From contig JBGSUI010000134.1 in assembly GCA_041736175.1 (NCBI GenBank), positions 1-50,272 of the forward strand: DNA of 50,272 bases, written 5' to 3'. Both the position numbers and the translations under genes were made by a program. Numbering within the stretch: the first letter of the stretch is position 1; every line of letters starts with the position of its first letter. Below the pieces are notes generated by a model. That model was not told the DNA's origin, did not search any database, and was given only the letters and a program-made list of their open reading frames with translations. This DNA comes from Oligoflexales bacterium. Lineage in GTDB: Bacteria; Bdellovibrionota_B; Oligoflexia; Oligoflexales; CAIYRB01. Positions 1 through 8,952 of this stretch are shown in pieces.

Positions 1-52
1 CCGTGACCCACTTTACCTCAGGTGAAAGCGGTTTACCTTTAGACGAATGCAT
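1..52 (-). CDS. 5' end of a putative transposase (MHSSKGKPLSPEVKWVT...), runs off the window
   Basis: ATG at 52 preceded by GAGGA; frame open to the window edge; lies just inside the putative IS end. Confidence 0.45.
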   Translation of the reverse strand, partial: MHSSKGKPLSPEVKWVT

Positions 53-135
53 GGTGGTCAATCCTCGTTTTTTGGCAAAACGATCATTATACCACGGAAA
101 AAATTAAAATCTATCTTTTCATGTGCGTAGATCTA
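1..135 (-). mobile_element. End of an insertion sequence (IS630/Tc1-like, TA target) interrupting the adjacent repeat-protein gene
   Basis: Homology to the internal repeat of the + strand gene stops abruptly at TA 136-137. Left of it are a minus-strand extended -10 (TGGTATAAT 86-94), an RBS (GAGGA) and an ORF start. Family assignment is inference from the TA junction. Confidence 0.55.
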
Positions 136-136
136 T

Positions 137-2760
137 AACAACGTCGCAGGCTGTGTCACCACATCTACCTATAAATCGGCAGATTGGACAAACCTCACCG
201 CCGCCAATATCAAAAACGGCGTCGCTGTGGCTGGTCTTACGGGGACCTATCCGTCCGCTGGAAACCGCCTCGTTAATAACACCGCCACCGCCGATCTGAC
301 CTCTTTTGGTCCCGGGACCACGGTGGGGGCTTATGAGTTTTTCGATAGCACCGGATCTGTTTACGCGGCCACCGTGGCCGACGGTGGCACCGTGACCCCG
401 ACCACGAGCAACCAAACCATCAGTGCCGCAGGCACCCTATACCGCAGCGTGATCGTCCAAGGGGATGCTAACCTTACCACCGCTAATATCAAAGACACCG
501 TTCCCCTCTTTGGAGTGACCGGGTCTCTGACCGGAACCCCTGCCAATTGTAATACTAATGGGCAGCAAAACTGTTTAGCCACAGCCACCTTTTTTGGTGC
601 GACCCAGTGCAGTGCCAATAGCTCTAACTGCTACGTGCCTACTTACGCTGTCACAACCCAACCCCTCAAAGCTATAAGTTACGACGCTATTGACGCAGGA
701 AAATCCTCCATTCGCTCCTCCCTTACTCTTTCTGGGATTTCCGGTACCCTCGCTGATTGTGCCGCCGGTGGGACCACCGGCTGCGTCACCACAGCTACTT
801 ACAAGTCCCTGGACCTTTCCAGCGCTGGAGCGGCATCTTCCACGGGTGTGACCGCGGCTAACTTCAACACCAAAATCGCCACCTCAGGTAACTTTGAATT
901 TTGGGATGTCAGTGGTGCCCGCCACCAGGTGGCCGGGGATACGGATTTAACGGCAAGTAACGTAAAATCATCCATCGACATCTTTGGGGCCGTGGGGAAC
1001 GTGACTCCAACGCCAGCCAACTGTAGTACTAATGGTGGGCAGTCCTGCGTGGCAACGGGCTCCTATTATGCCGCCACAGCTTGCGCAACCGATGGCTCTA
1101 ACTGTTTCGTGCCGACCTACGCGGCTACAACCCAGCCCCTGAAAGCCATTAGCTACGATGCAATCGACGCGGGAAAATCCTCCATCCGCTCCTCCCTCAC
1201 CCTTTCTGGCATCACCGGGACCCTCGCTGATTGTGCTGCCGGTGGGACCACTGGCTGCGTCACCACAGCCACCTACAAGTCTTTGGATCTTTCTAACGTT
1301 GGAGCGGCTTCATCGACAGGAGTGACCGCTGCCAACTTCAATACCAAGATCGCCACTTTGGGTAACTTCGAATTTTGGGATGCCAGCGGTGCCCGCCACC
1401 AGGTGGCCGGGGATACGGATTTGACGGCGAGTAATGTCAAGTCAGCCATCGACATCTTCGGAACTGTGGGCAGCGTGACTCCAACGCCAGCCAACTGTAG
1501 TTCTAATGGTGGGCAGTCCTGCGTGGCCACGGGCTCCTATTATGCCGCTACATCATGCGCTGATGATGGCTCTAACTGTTTTGTGCCGACCTACGCAGCT
1601 ACAACCCAACCCCTCAAGGCTATAAGTTACGACGCTATTGACTCTGGAAAATCCTCGATCCGTTCCTCCCTTACTCTTTCTGGGATTGCAGGAACCCTCG
1701 GCGATTGTACCACCAACAACACCAGTGGCTGTGTGACCACAGCGTCCTATAAATCAGCAGATTGGACTAACTTGACCGCCGCTAACATCAAAAACGGCGC
1801 CTCTGTAGCCGGACTTACGGGGACCTATCCATCGGCAAGCAACCGCCTTGTGAGCAATACGGCCACCGCTGATCTCACAGCTTTTGGCCCAGCCACACCT
1901 GTGGGAGCCTATGAGTTTTTTGATAGTGCCGGTGATGTTTACCCTGCGACGGTGGCCGACGGTGGCACTATCACCCCAAGCACGTCGACTCAATCTTTAA
2001 ATACGGCTGGCACCATGTACCGAGCTGCGACCATAAACGGCGACGCAGATCTCGTGGCGGGAAATATCTTGAGCGGCACCAACCTCTTTGGTGTCAACGG
2101 ATCCGTCACGGCAACTCCAGCCAACTGTAGTTCTAACGGTACCCAGAGCTGCGTGGCCACAGGCTCTTATTTTGCTGCCACTGCCTGCGCTGCCGATGGC
2201 TCTAACTGCTTTGTGCCTACTTACGCTGTCACAACCCAACCCCTCAAAGCTATAAGTTACGACGCTATTGACGCAGGAAAATCCTCCTTTCGCTCCTCCC
2301 TTACTCTTTCTGGGATTTCCGGTACCCTCGCTGATTGTGCCGCCGGTGGGACCACAGGCTGCGTCACCACAGCTACTTACAAGTCCCTGGACCTTTCCAG
2401 CGCTGGAGCGGCATCTTCCACGGGTGTGACCGCGGCTAACTTCAACACCAAAATCGCCACCTCAGGTAACTTTGAATTTTGGGATGCCAGTGGTGCCCGC
2501 CACCAGGTGGCCGGGGATACGGATTTAACGGCAAGCAACGTGAAATCATCCATCGACATCTTTGGGACCGTGGGGAACGTGACTCCAACGCCAGCAAACT
2601 GTGGGTCTAATGGCGCCCAAAGCTGCGTGGCCACCGGTTCATATTACGCCGCGACAGCCTGCGCTGCCGATAGCTCTAACTGTTTTGTGCCAACCTACGT
2701 GACCACGACCCAACCCCTAAAAGCTATCAGCTACGATGCAATCGACGCTGATAAAATTTT
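137..2760 (+). repeat. Nested intragenic repeats: 474-bp (158-aa) units inside a 1578-bp super-repeat
   Basis: Equivalent positions recur at 799/1273 (474 offset) and at 799/2377 and 137/1715 (1578 offset). The TPANC...YVPTY..TTQPLKAISYDAID motif occurs five times. Confidence 0.9.
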
Positions 2761-4687
2761 ATCGGGGAACACGATCGGTAGCGTGCCGGGGAATGTGACG
2801 CTGCCAGATGTGGCTAAAGTTCTGACGGCTACAAATTTTGGGGTGAGCGGCACCGGATCGACCGGAACTTTGACGCTGCCTGCGGCTGCCGATGTTCGAA
2901 CCGGCTCGGGCGCTTATGGTGAGCCGGGCTCACAGCTGACGCCAGCCTATAGTCCCGATTTTCCAGCGGTGGGCAATGTCCTTTCGAGCGATACGGTCAA
3001 CAGTGTCAGCGGCACCCTCACCCTTCCGGGTGTGGGTGATGTTGAGGCGGGGGTCATCTACGGTGTGGGTGGCAACGGGTCAACCGGCTCCTTTGCGGTG
3101 CCAACCCTTGCGCAGGTGCAAAATGGTGTGGGTTATGGCGCAGCGGGCAGCGAGTTTACCGGCAGCGCAACCTTGGAATCGCACAGCAGCTGCAGCGGAG
3201 GGGGGCAGACGGGCTGCCTTGCGACGGCGACCTATCCCACGATGAACCTTTCCGTGACGGGTGGAACGGGGCTAACGAGTGCCAATTTTGCAGCGGCAGT
3301 GGCTTCAGCTTCGACCTATCAGTTTTGGGATGGGGGCGGTGCAAGGCATACGGTGACAGGTGATACGGATCTGAGTGAGGGGAATCTCAAAACCTCGGTG
3401 GTGATCCATGGCGTCACAGGGGCCTACCCCTCCGCAAGCTACCTTTTACCGTCGGCTTCTGGGACAGCGGATCTCGATAGCGCGACCTTTGATGCCAAGA
3501 TAAAATCAGCGACCGCCTTTGAGTATTGGACCTCGACAGGGAGCCGTCAAACCGGAAGCGGAGATGCTGATATCCAGGACTACAATGTAAAAACGGGCGT
3601 CACCATTTTCGGTATGACAGGTGTTTATGCTGGTCCTCCCGCCACGCCTACCGGCCTCACCGCAACCACTGCAAGTGCAACGCAGATTAACCTGAACTGG
3701 AATAATGTGGGCGTTACGGGTTATCTTCTCATAGCCCGCGAGGGTAGCGCGGTGAGCTTCACACCGGTGAATGGAACATCTTACAGCACGGGAGCACAGG
3801 GCTCCGATACGATCATTTACGTTAATACCGGCACCTCCTATAACCATTCTGGACTCACAATAGGGAGCACCTACCATTATGCACTTTACTCTTACGAAGG
3901 GGGGAATAGCTATTCGAGTGTAGTGACCACCTCTCAGGCGGCAACTTATCTGTGTGGTGGCGCTGGCGATAGCTGTTATGATGATGCCGCTGCGAAGGCG
4001 GCAGGTGTTGCCGTGACGCCGCTTGGTAAGAGCCTTGAGTATGTTTTTGCCAACGGCTCATCTGGGTTTCAGGTCTGGAAAGAGGTGGGCAGCACCCGGA
4101 TTCTTCGTGCCACGGGTCTTGATGAATGGTCGAAACGGCTTAATGAAAGCGGCAGGGGGCAAAGCGCGACCGACTTTACCGATGCCGCTCTTGGCACGGC
4201 ATCGACTTTGATCAAGGGTAGGGTCTGTCCGACCCATGTTTTTGTTGATACCGGCAATATGACCTCGGCGAACAACTGCCTCTATTACTCCCCTGCCTAT
4301 GCCCAGCAGAGACTTGATGCAGCGAGTGGCACTGGTATCACGAACCAAACCACGTCAGGATACTTTGGTCTTGCGTTTTGGAACGTCGCAGGTTCTGGAA
4401 ACGGCACTTCAGCCAGCTGGTATGAGGGCAATATTAATACCTGCGCCTCTAAGGGGATGCGTCTTCCCACGCTGTATGAGACGGCAGTAAGTGCCCCCAG
4501 CAACTATAAACCTGGGGATGCTACACCAACATTTAATGCGCCAAATGGCATACCAAGCGCGGCAAGTTGGACATGGACGGCTTCTTCGTATACCAACAAT
4601 ACCAACTATTATTGGATATGGAGTGGGCCGAGTACGCTCGGCAACAATTACGACAATAGCTGCTACGTCATCTGTGCCATTTTGTGA
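227..4687 (+). CDS. Giant Cys/Thr/Gly-rich repeat surface protein (5'-truncated) with FN3 domain and C-terminal C-type-lectin-fold-like (DUF1566/Mtd-like) domain
   Basis: 1486-aa ORF. The frame is open from 131 and residues from 137 match the repeat copy at 1715, so the N-terminus is missing. FN3 motif PATPTGLTA...LNW...GL..GSTYHY; C-terminal C-x4-MRLPT-x2-E...WTAS...YVIC pattern. Confidence 0.8.
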   Translation: MAGLTGTYPSAGNRLVNNTATADLTSFGPGTTVGAYEFFDSTGSVYAATVADGGTVTPTTSNQTISAAGTLYRSVIVQGDANLTTANIKDTVPLFGVTGSLTGTPANCNTNGQQNCLATATFFGATQCSANSSNCYVPTYAVTTQPLKAISYDAIDAGKSSIRSSLTLSGISGTLADCAAGGTTGCVTTATYKSLDLSSAGAASSTGVTAANFNTKIATSGNFEFWDVSGARHQVAGDTDLTASNVKSSIDIFGAVGNVTPTPANCSTNGGQSCVATGSYYAATACATDGSNCFVPTYAATTQPLKAISYDAIDAGKSSIRSSLTLSGITGTLADCAAGGTTGCVTTATYKSLDLSNVGAASSTGVTAANFNTKIATLGNFEFWDASGARHQVAGDTDLTASNVKSAIDIFGTVGSVTPTPANCSSNGGQSCVATGSYYAATSCADDGSNCFVPTYAATTQPLKAISYDAIDSGKSSIRSSLTLSGIAGTLGDCTTNNTSGCVTTASYKSADWTNLTAANIKNGASVAGLTGTYPSASNRLVSNTATADLTAFGPATPVGAYEFFDSAGDVYPATVADGGTITPSTSTQSLNTAGTMYRAATINGDADLVAGNILSGTNLFGVNGSVTATPANCSSNGTQSCVATGSYFAATACAADGSNCFVPTYAVTTQPLKAISYDAIDAGKSSFRSSLTLSGISGTLADCAAGGTTGCVTTATYKSLDLSSAGAASSTGVTAANFNTKIATSGNFEFWDASGARHQVAGDTDLTASNVKSSIDIFGTVGNVTPTPANCGSNGAQSCVATGSYYAATACAADSSNCFVPTYVTTTQPLKAISYDAIDADKILSGNTIGSVPGNVTLPDVAKVLTATNFGVSGTGSTGTLTLPAAADVRTGSGAYGEPGSQLTPAYSPDFPAVGNVLSSDTVNSVSGTLTLPGVGDVEAGVIYGVGGNGSTGSFAVPTLAQVQNGVGYGAAGSEFTGSATLESHSSCSGGGQTGCLATATYPTMNLSVTGGTGLTSANFAAAVASASTYQFWDGGGARHTVTGDTDLSEGNLKTSVVIHGVTGAYPSASYLLPSASGTADLDSATFDAKIKSATAFEYWTSTGSRQTGSGDADIQDYNVKTGVTIFGMTGVYAGPPATPTGLTATTASATQINLNWNNVGVTGYLLIAREGSAVSFTPVNGTSYSTGAQGSDTIIYVNTGTSYNHSGLTIGSTYHYALYSYEGGNSYSSVVTTSQAATYLCGGAGDSCYDDAAAKAAGVAVTPLGKSLEYVFANGSSGFQVWKEVGSTRILRATGLDEWSKRLNESGRGQSATDFTDAALGTASTLIKGRVCPTHVFVDTGNMTSANNCLYYSPAYAQQRLDAASGTGITNQTTSGYFGLAFWNVAGSGNGTSASWYEGNINTCASKGMRLPTLYETAVSAPSNYKPGDATPTFNAPNGIPSAASWTWTASSYTNNTNYYWIWSGPSTLGNNYDNSCYVICAIL

Positions 4688-4787
4688 TTGTTTCCTAGTT
4701 GCTCTGATCAGAGATTAAGCCGGATAACTTTGGTAAGTTTCATGGGATGGCTGGTAATTTCTCAATAAGTTGCAGTAACTCAAAGAG

Positions 4788-4811
4788 GCACCCTTCGGGC
4801 AGAAGGGGTGC
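4788..4811. other. GC-rich hairpin downstream of the repeat-protein gene
   Basis: GCACCCTTC-GGGCA-GAAGGGGTGC, stem with one bulge; no U-tract. Confidence 0.5.
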
Positions 4812-5348
4812 ATCCCGATTCGGACGTGATAGGGCAATCAATCACCATTTTTTTGGGAAGCAATGTCTGGTGGATCTATATTCCTTGAACCCCAATCCAG
4901 GTCAAAGTGAGCTTTTTAAGGTCGTTCCAACCCCTGTTTGAGTCTTGCTCAGGTGAACATGCCTGATTTCATGCCTCTCCCCCTGATCGTAGGCAATACT
5001 CTCTAATGGCCCAGAGGAACCGGTTAGAGACTTTTGTCTCCCGATTGGACCTTAGCTTTCGTATTCTTCTTTGCATGAAGTCAAAGGACTCCTGAAGGCT
5101 TCTGGGTGGAGCCCTAACTGGCGGCAAGGGATCAAGCCCAACATGGGTCAGGTATCTTGTATCTGTAAGGGCGGCTATGGGCTTTAGCGAACCACCACAG
5201 TGGTCGCAAGTTAGGACATCTGTTACCGTTCAATCCTAATGAGATATCAGGAGACATTCCGTTTCATTTCAAATAAGACAAATTTCGCCAGTCCTCCTTA
5301 GCTTGCCGTACTTGAGTAGGAGGTGGCAGATGCCGATTCTCAAGAATC

Positions 5349-5879
5349 ATGGCACTGTCGGTAAAACCAATTTTTCGTAATTACCCTACTCTCATTCGTA
5401 GCATCGAAGCCAGACTGCGCTCAGGATACGAGGATCAGGGAATTAGGCAAGTGATCATTTTTGACGATGCACACGAAATGCGGGTGGAAGTCCTGCGACT
5501 TTTACGACTCATGACCAATTTTGAAATGGATTCGAGGCTACTTGTTTCTATAGTATTATCTGGCCAGCTGCCACTTAAAAAACGACTGATGGATCCCGAT
5601 CTAGAAGACGTTCGGCAACGACTAGTCCACTGTGGAGACCTCCGGCTTCTGGGAAGGGAGGAGGCTCTAGCATATCTGGACCATCGCATCAAAATAGCTG
5701 GGACCAACATTTCTCCCTTCACTAAGGCAGCGGCAGAGGCCCTATTCGAAGTGACAAGGGGCAATATGCGCGGACTAGATAAGTTAGCGAGTGCCTCTTT
5801 AGATCTAGCTATTTCCCAAAAAAGAGATGCGGTGGATCAAGGTGATGTAGCCGCAGTCCGCGCCAAGCTATGGATGTAA
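5349..5879 (+). pseudogene. C-terminal two-thirds of an ExeA-family AAA+ transposition helper ATPase
   Basis: Walker B IIFDDAH, LRLMTNFEMDS, IVLSGQ..L, YLDHRIKIAG, T.GN.R; no Walker A. Confidence 0.8.
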
Positions 5880-5903
5880 ATAATACAAACTCAAGGAACT
5901 TCC

Positions 5904-6131
5904 ATGAAAAACAAATTGAAAAAAAGCCTCAAAAAACCGGAATATTCTGAAATTACATCTGAAGTCAAAATTTTTGATCTAGACGAACTCAGGTTTCACC
6001 TCGATGCCGCATGTAGCCTTTTCGACAATATCTATGCCAAGGCTTGGCGGTCGAAAGAAATCCCGACCGAATATCAACCTAAAGTCCTCGATACAACGGA
6101 TAGTCCACAAGGCTATAGGGAGATGTTTTGA
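5904..6131 (+). CDS. Small hypothetical protein carried by the transposon
   Basis: AAGGA RBS, ATG, stop overlaps the next start (TGATG). Confidence 0.55.
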   Translation: MKNKLKKSLKKPEYSEITSEVKIFDLDELRFHLDAACSLFDNIYAKAWRSKEIPTEYQPKVLDTTDSPQGYREMF

Positions 6132-6349
6132 TGGAAATTGGCAAACCCAAATACCAAAACGTCGGATATCTCACCATGTCCCCGATGGGCCGATGGGCTC
6201 TCAATGACCATGAGCTGACTAGCGGCACAGTCCTACAAGTGCTTGTCGGACCCTACTGGATCGATGTTTCCATCGAGCATAATGGATCGGAATACTATGC
6301 CATTCCCCTTGCTGTCAGACTACATACAGGACTTAAGGCAAGAATCTAA
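6128..6349 (+). CDS. DUF5348-like small protein (start probably ATG 6131)
   Basis: ELTSG..LQVLVG..WI...IEH...YY...L..GLKARI pattern; this family is commonly found with ExeA-type transposons. Confidence 0.65.
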   Translation: MMEIGKPKYQNVGYLTMSPMGRWALNDHELTSGTVLQVLVGPYWIDVSIEHNGSEYYAIPLAVRLHTGLKARI

Positions 6350-6370
6350 GAAAAAGCGGTCATATCGGGT

Positions 6371-6402
6371 GGCGCGACTGAAAAATCAGGCGCGCCTTTT
6401 TT
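6371..6402 (+). terminator. Intrinsic terminator inside the right end of the transposon
   Basis: GGCGCGaCTGA-AAAA-TCAGgCGCGCC followed by T6. Confidence 0.7.
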
Positions 6403-6822
6403 AGGTCGTTTGTGTCTCATTTGGAATGAAACAGGTTGTCTCATTGGGACTGAAACGCAACAACATCGAGTTTAAAGGCTTTGGCGAGGTTACAAGCCCA
6501 TCGTGAGTTTTTTGGACGATCTGGATCCCCATCTTGGTCAGCGAAGTCGAAGCCTTTTTTGGCTTCTGGCTTAAGGCGAATCTTGGTGAGGTAAGGTGAC
6601 TTGGTCGCAAAACAACCACTCCACCTAATTTGATGCTGGCGGGGTGGGGGGATCAATGCCGTGATTTTCTCCAGGAATTCTGAGAGTGTGAACAAGAGAT
6701 GGGTAACCCCATTGGGATAGGCCACAACTTTTTCTTGACTGCATGAGCAACATTTAAGTCTCAAAAAGCCATGGGCCAAGATGCCACACTTAAGATAGGC
6801 TTCGAATTCATTTGCAACATAA

Positions 6823-7135
<313 letters not shown>

Positions 7136-7156
7136 AAAAAGATAGGGGTGTGCAAT

Positions 7157-8680
7157 CTAAAATCCCAAAAAGAGGAGCCCATGACCATACTCCTCGCTTT
7201 TCCCGCTCCTTGGATCATAAGCTCCAGTATCCCGGTCCACTTTCTGTGCCTGCTGCATCAACTTCTCTTCAGCATCTCGTCGGGAGATTTCAGGCCAGCG
7301 ACTATAAATCAGTCCCATCGCTCCGGAGACCTGGGGCGCTGCGGCGCTGGTACCATAAAACCTTTGGGTATAGTTGAGATCAGTGAGATCTTCCTTTTGG
7401 CCACTATTAAAGCCTTTAGCTCCCACTCGGTCCGTGGTCACGATCCCTCCTAAAGGTGTCGCCGAGGATGGTGCCACCAGATCTAAACAGGGACCAAAGC
7501 CGCTAGAGTTTACCTTTTTCATATTGCGGCCCACAGAGCTTACGGCGATCACCTGTTCTAGGGAAGAAAGATCCGGAAACCTCCCCCCACAATCGTCACG
7601 GTGCAAGTTACCCATCGCAAAGACAACGGAGGCTCCCTTGCCCCCTCGACCTTCGGTGGTTATCTCGTCGATTGCTGCCACGAGACCTTGCATCACCGGC
7701 AGGTCGATGCCATATCCCCAGCTATTGCTGACGACAGAAGCTCCTTGGGCCTTGGCATACTGGAAGGCTAAGATCGCGGTCGAGACCCGATCGTCAATCA
7801 CAAGGGGTAGGAGAGAACACTGCGGGCAGACACCGAGGGTTCCAAGGCTATTCTCCCGAGCCCCCACGATCCCACTTGTTGCGGTCCCATGGCCAGGGCC
7901 GGCTCCATAAATAAGATTTTGATTGTCTATGGCAAAATTCCAGCCACGAGATTGCCAGGCGGGTTCTAAATCTGGATGAGTGGACTCAAAGCCTAAATCG
8001 ATAACGGCGATTGTCACCTCAGCTCCTCCTTTGGAATGGGTCCAAAAGGTTGGAGCCTGGATGACGTCGAGATGCCAGGCTTTATGGAAAAGAGGTTCTG
8101 TGACTGCCTGCTCTTCCAAAGCCAGATTACTTGCGACATCCCTCTTGGTCTCGCTGAAACTCAAGGGGGAGGGGAAATGGTGCCGCAAGGTCAATTTAAA
8201 ATCAGGGTGGACAAAATCCACCCCGTTTTCCTGGGCGAAGGTGTCTAGTATGTTTTGATTTAGGAGTTGAGCAGCAGATGCTCCTTCAAATATCTTAATC
8301 CGCGACTCTTCCCCTAGCGTCGCCAGCAACGGTCTAAATCCTAACGCCTCCAGATCACGGAGGCGGTCCTCGGCCAAAGTTTCTCCAGGCTTTAACCCTA
8401 TGATCAACCTCGGTCCCATGATAGCCCGGACGCCATTTTCAAAGGAACCAGCAATCTCTTTAACATCCTCTTGCAGCGCTGCCGGCTTATCTGGAAAAAA
8501 CCAGTGTCTCGGCAGTAGAGAGATGCGATGGGAAGTCGGTGAGGTCTCGATTTCCCTAGGTCCGCAGGACCACAAAGCACTCAAGATCAAGATTAGGCTC
8601 ATAGGCATTGGTCTAAAAATCCCCCTGATTTTATAAATATATCTATGTTTTATTATTTGATTTGTAAATATAATTGACAT
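7157..8680 (-). CDS. Subtilisin-like S8 serine peptidase, probable lipoprotein (true start likely near 8608)
   Basis: Catalytic motifs IAVIDLG, GHGT, FAMGN, GTSAAAP; lipobox-like ALWSC. Confidence 0.9.
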   Translation of the reverse strand: MSIIFTNQIIKHRYIYKIRGIFRPMPMSLILILSALWSCGPREIETSPTSHRISLLPRHWFFPDKPAALQEDVKEIAGSFENGVRAIMGPRLIIGLKPGETLAEDRLRDLEALGFRPLLATLGEESRIKIFEGASAAQLLNQNILDTFAQENGVDFVHPDFKLTLRHHFPSPLSFSETKRDVASNLALEEQAVTEPLFHKAWHLDVIQAPTFWTHSKGGAEVTIAVIDLGFESTHPDLEPAWQSRGWNFAIDNQNLIYGAGPGHGTATSGIVGARENSLGTLGVCPQCSLLPLVIDDRVSTAILAFQYAKAQGASVVSNSWGYGIDLPVMQGLVAAIDEITTEGRGGKGASVVFAMGNLHRDDCGGRFPDLSSLEQVIAVSSVGRNMKKVNSSGFGPCLDLVAPSSATPLGGIVTTDRVGAKGFNSGQKEDLTDLNYTQRFYGTSAAAPQVSGAMGLIYSRWPEISRRDAEEKLMQQAQKVDRDTGAYDPRSGKSEEYGHGLLFLGF

Positions 8681-8702
8681 TCAATTAAAAAATTATTATA
8701 CT
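8674..8702 (+). promoter_or_regulatory. Near-consensus sigma70 promoter
   Basis: TTGACA-N17-TATACT with AT-rich upstream sequence. Confidence 0.7.
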
Positions 8703-8798
8703 TTTGTTAAGTATGCTTGCCTAAAAGCATATGGAAGGACCTTCTAAACCCGCTCCCCACCCGCCCCTGAATCCATTTCACTAAATCTGGAGGAACTC

Positions 8799-8888
8799 AT
8801 GCTACTTTTTTATTCTGTTTTAGATCACCCTCTCTTTTTGAGCTATCCGCTTAATAATCGATTAAAAGATGTGCTAAAAGATTCATAA
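8799..8888 (+). CDS. Possible 29-aa small ORF (MLLFYSVLDHPLFLSYPLNNRLKDVLKDS)
   Basis: GGAGG 5 nt before ATG, downstream of the sigma70 promoter; no recognisable family. Confidence 0.3.
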   Translation: MLLFYSVLDHPLFLSYPLNNRLKDVLKDS

Positions 8889-8952
8889 TACGATCGATTA
8901 TAATTCTTTGGTTTTCCTTTAGAAACATGCTCCACTTGAAGTTGAGGATCCT

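Larger units (their letters stand above)
5221..6462 (+). mobile_element. Non-autonomous IS21/Mu/Tn552-like transposon (transposase deleted) with ExeA-family ATPase remnant
   Basis: Ends TGTTACCGTTCAATCCTAATGAGA (5221, +) and TGTTGCGTTTCAGTCCCAATGAGA (6462, -). A second internal repeat GTTTCATT(T/C)CAAAT(A/G)AGACA is present at both ends. Flanking 5-bp duplication ACATC at 5216-5220 and 6463-6467. Confidence 0.9.

Noticed and set aside
119..4718. Many short antisense or alternate-frame ORFs over the adhesin (likewise over the fibre, cytochrome, permease and DUF2914 genes)
   Set aside because: They are shadows of long coding frames, repeat with the host repeats and show no independent motifs.
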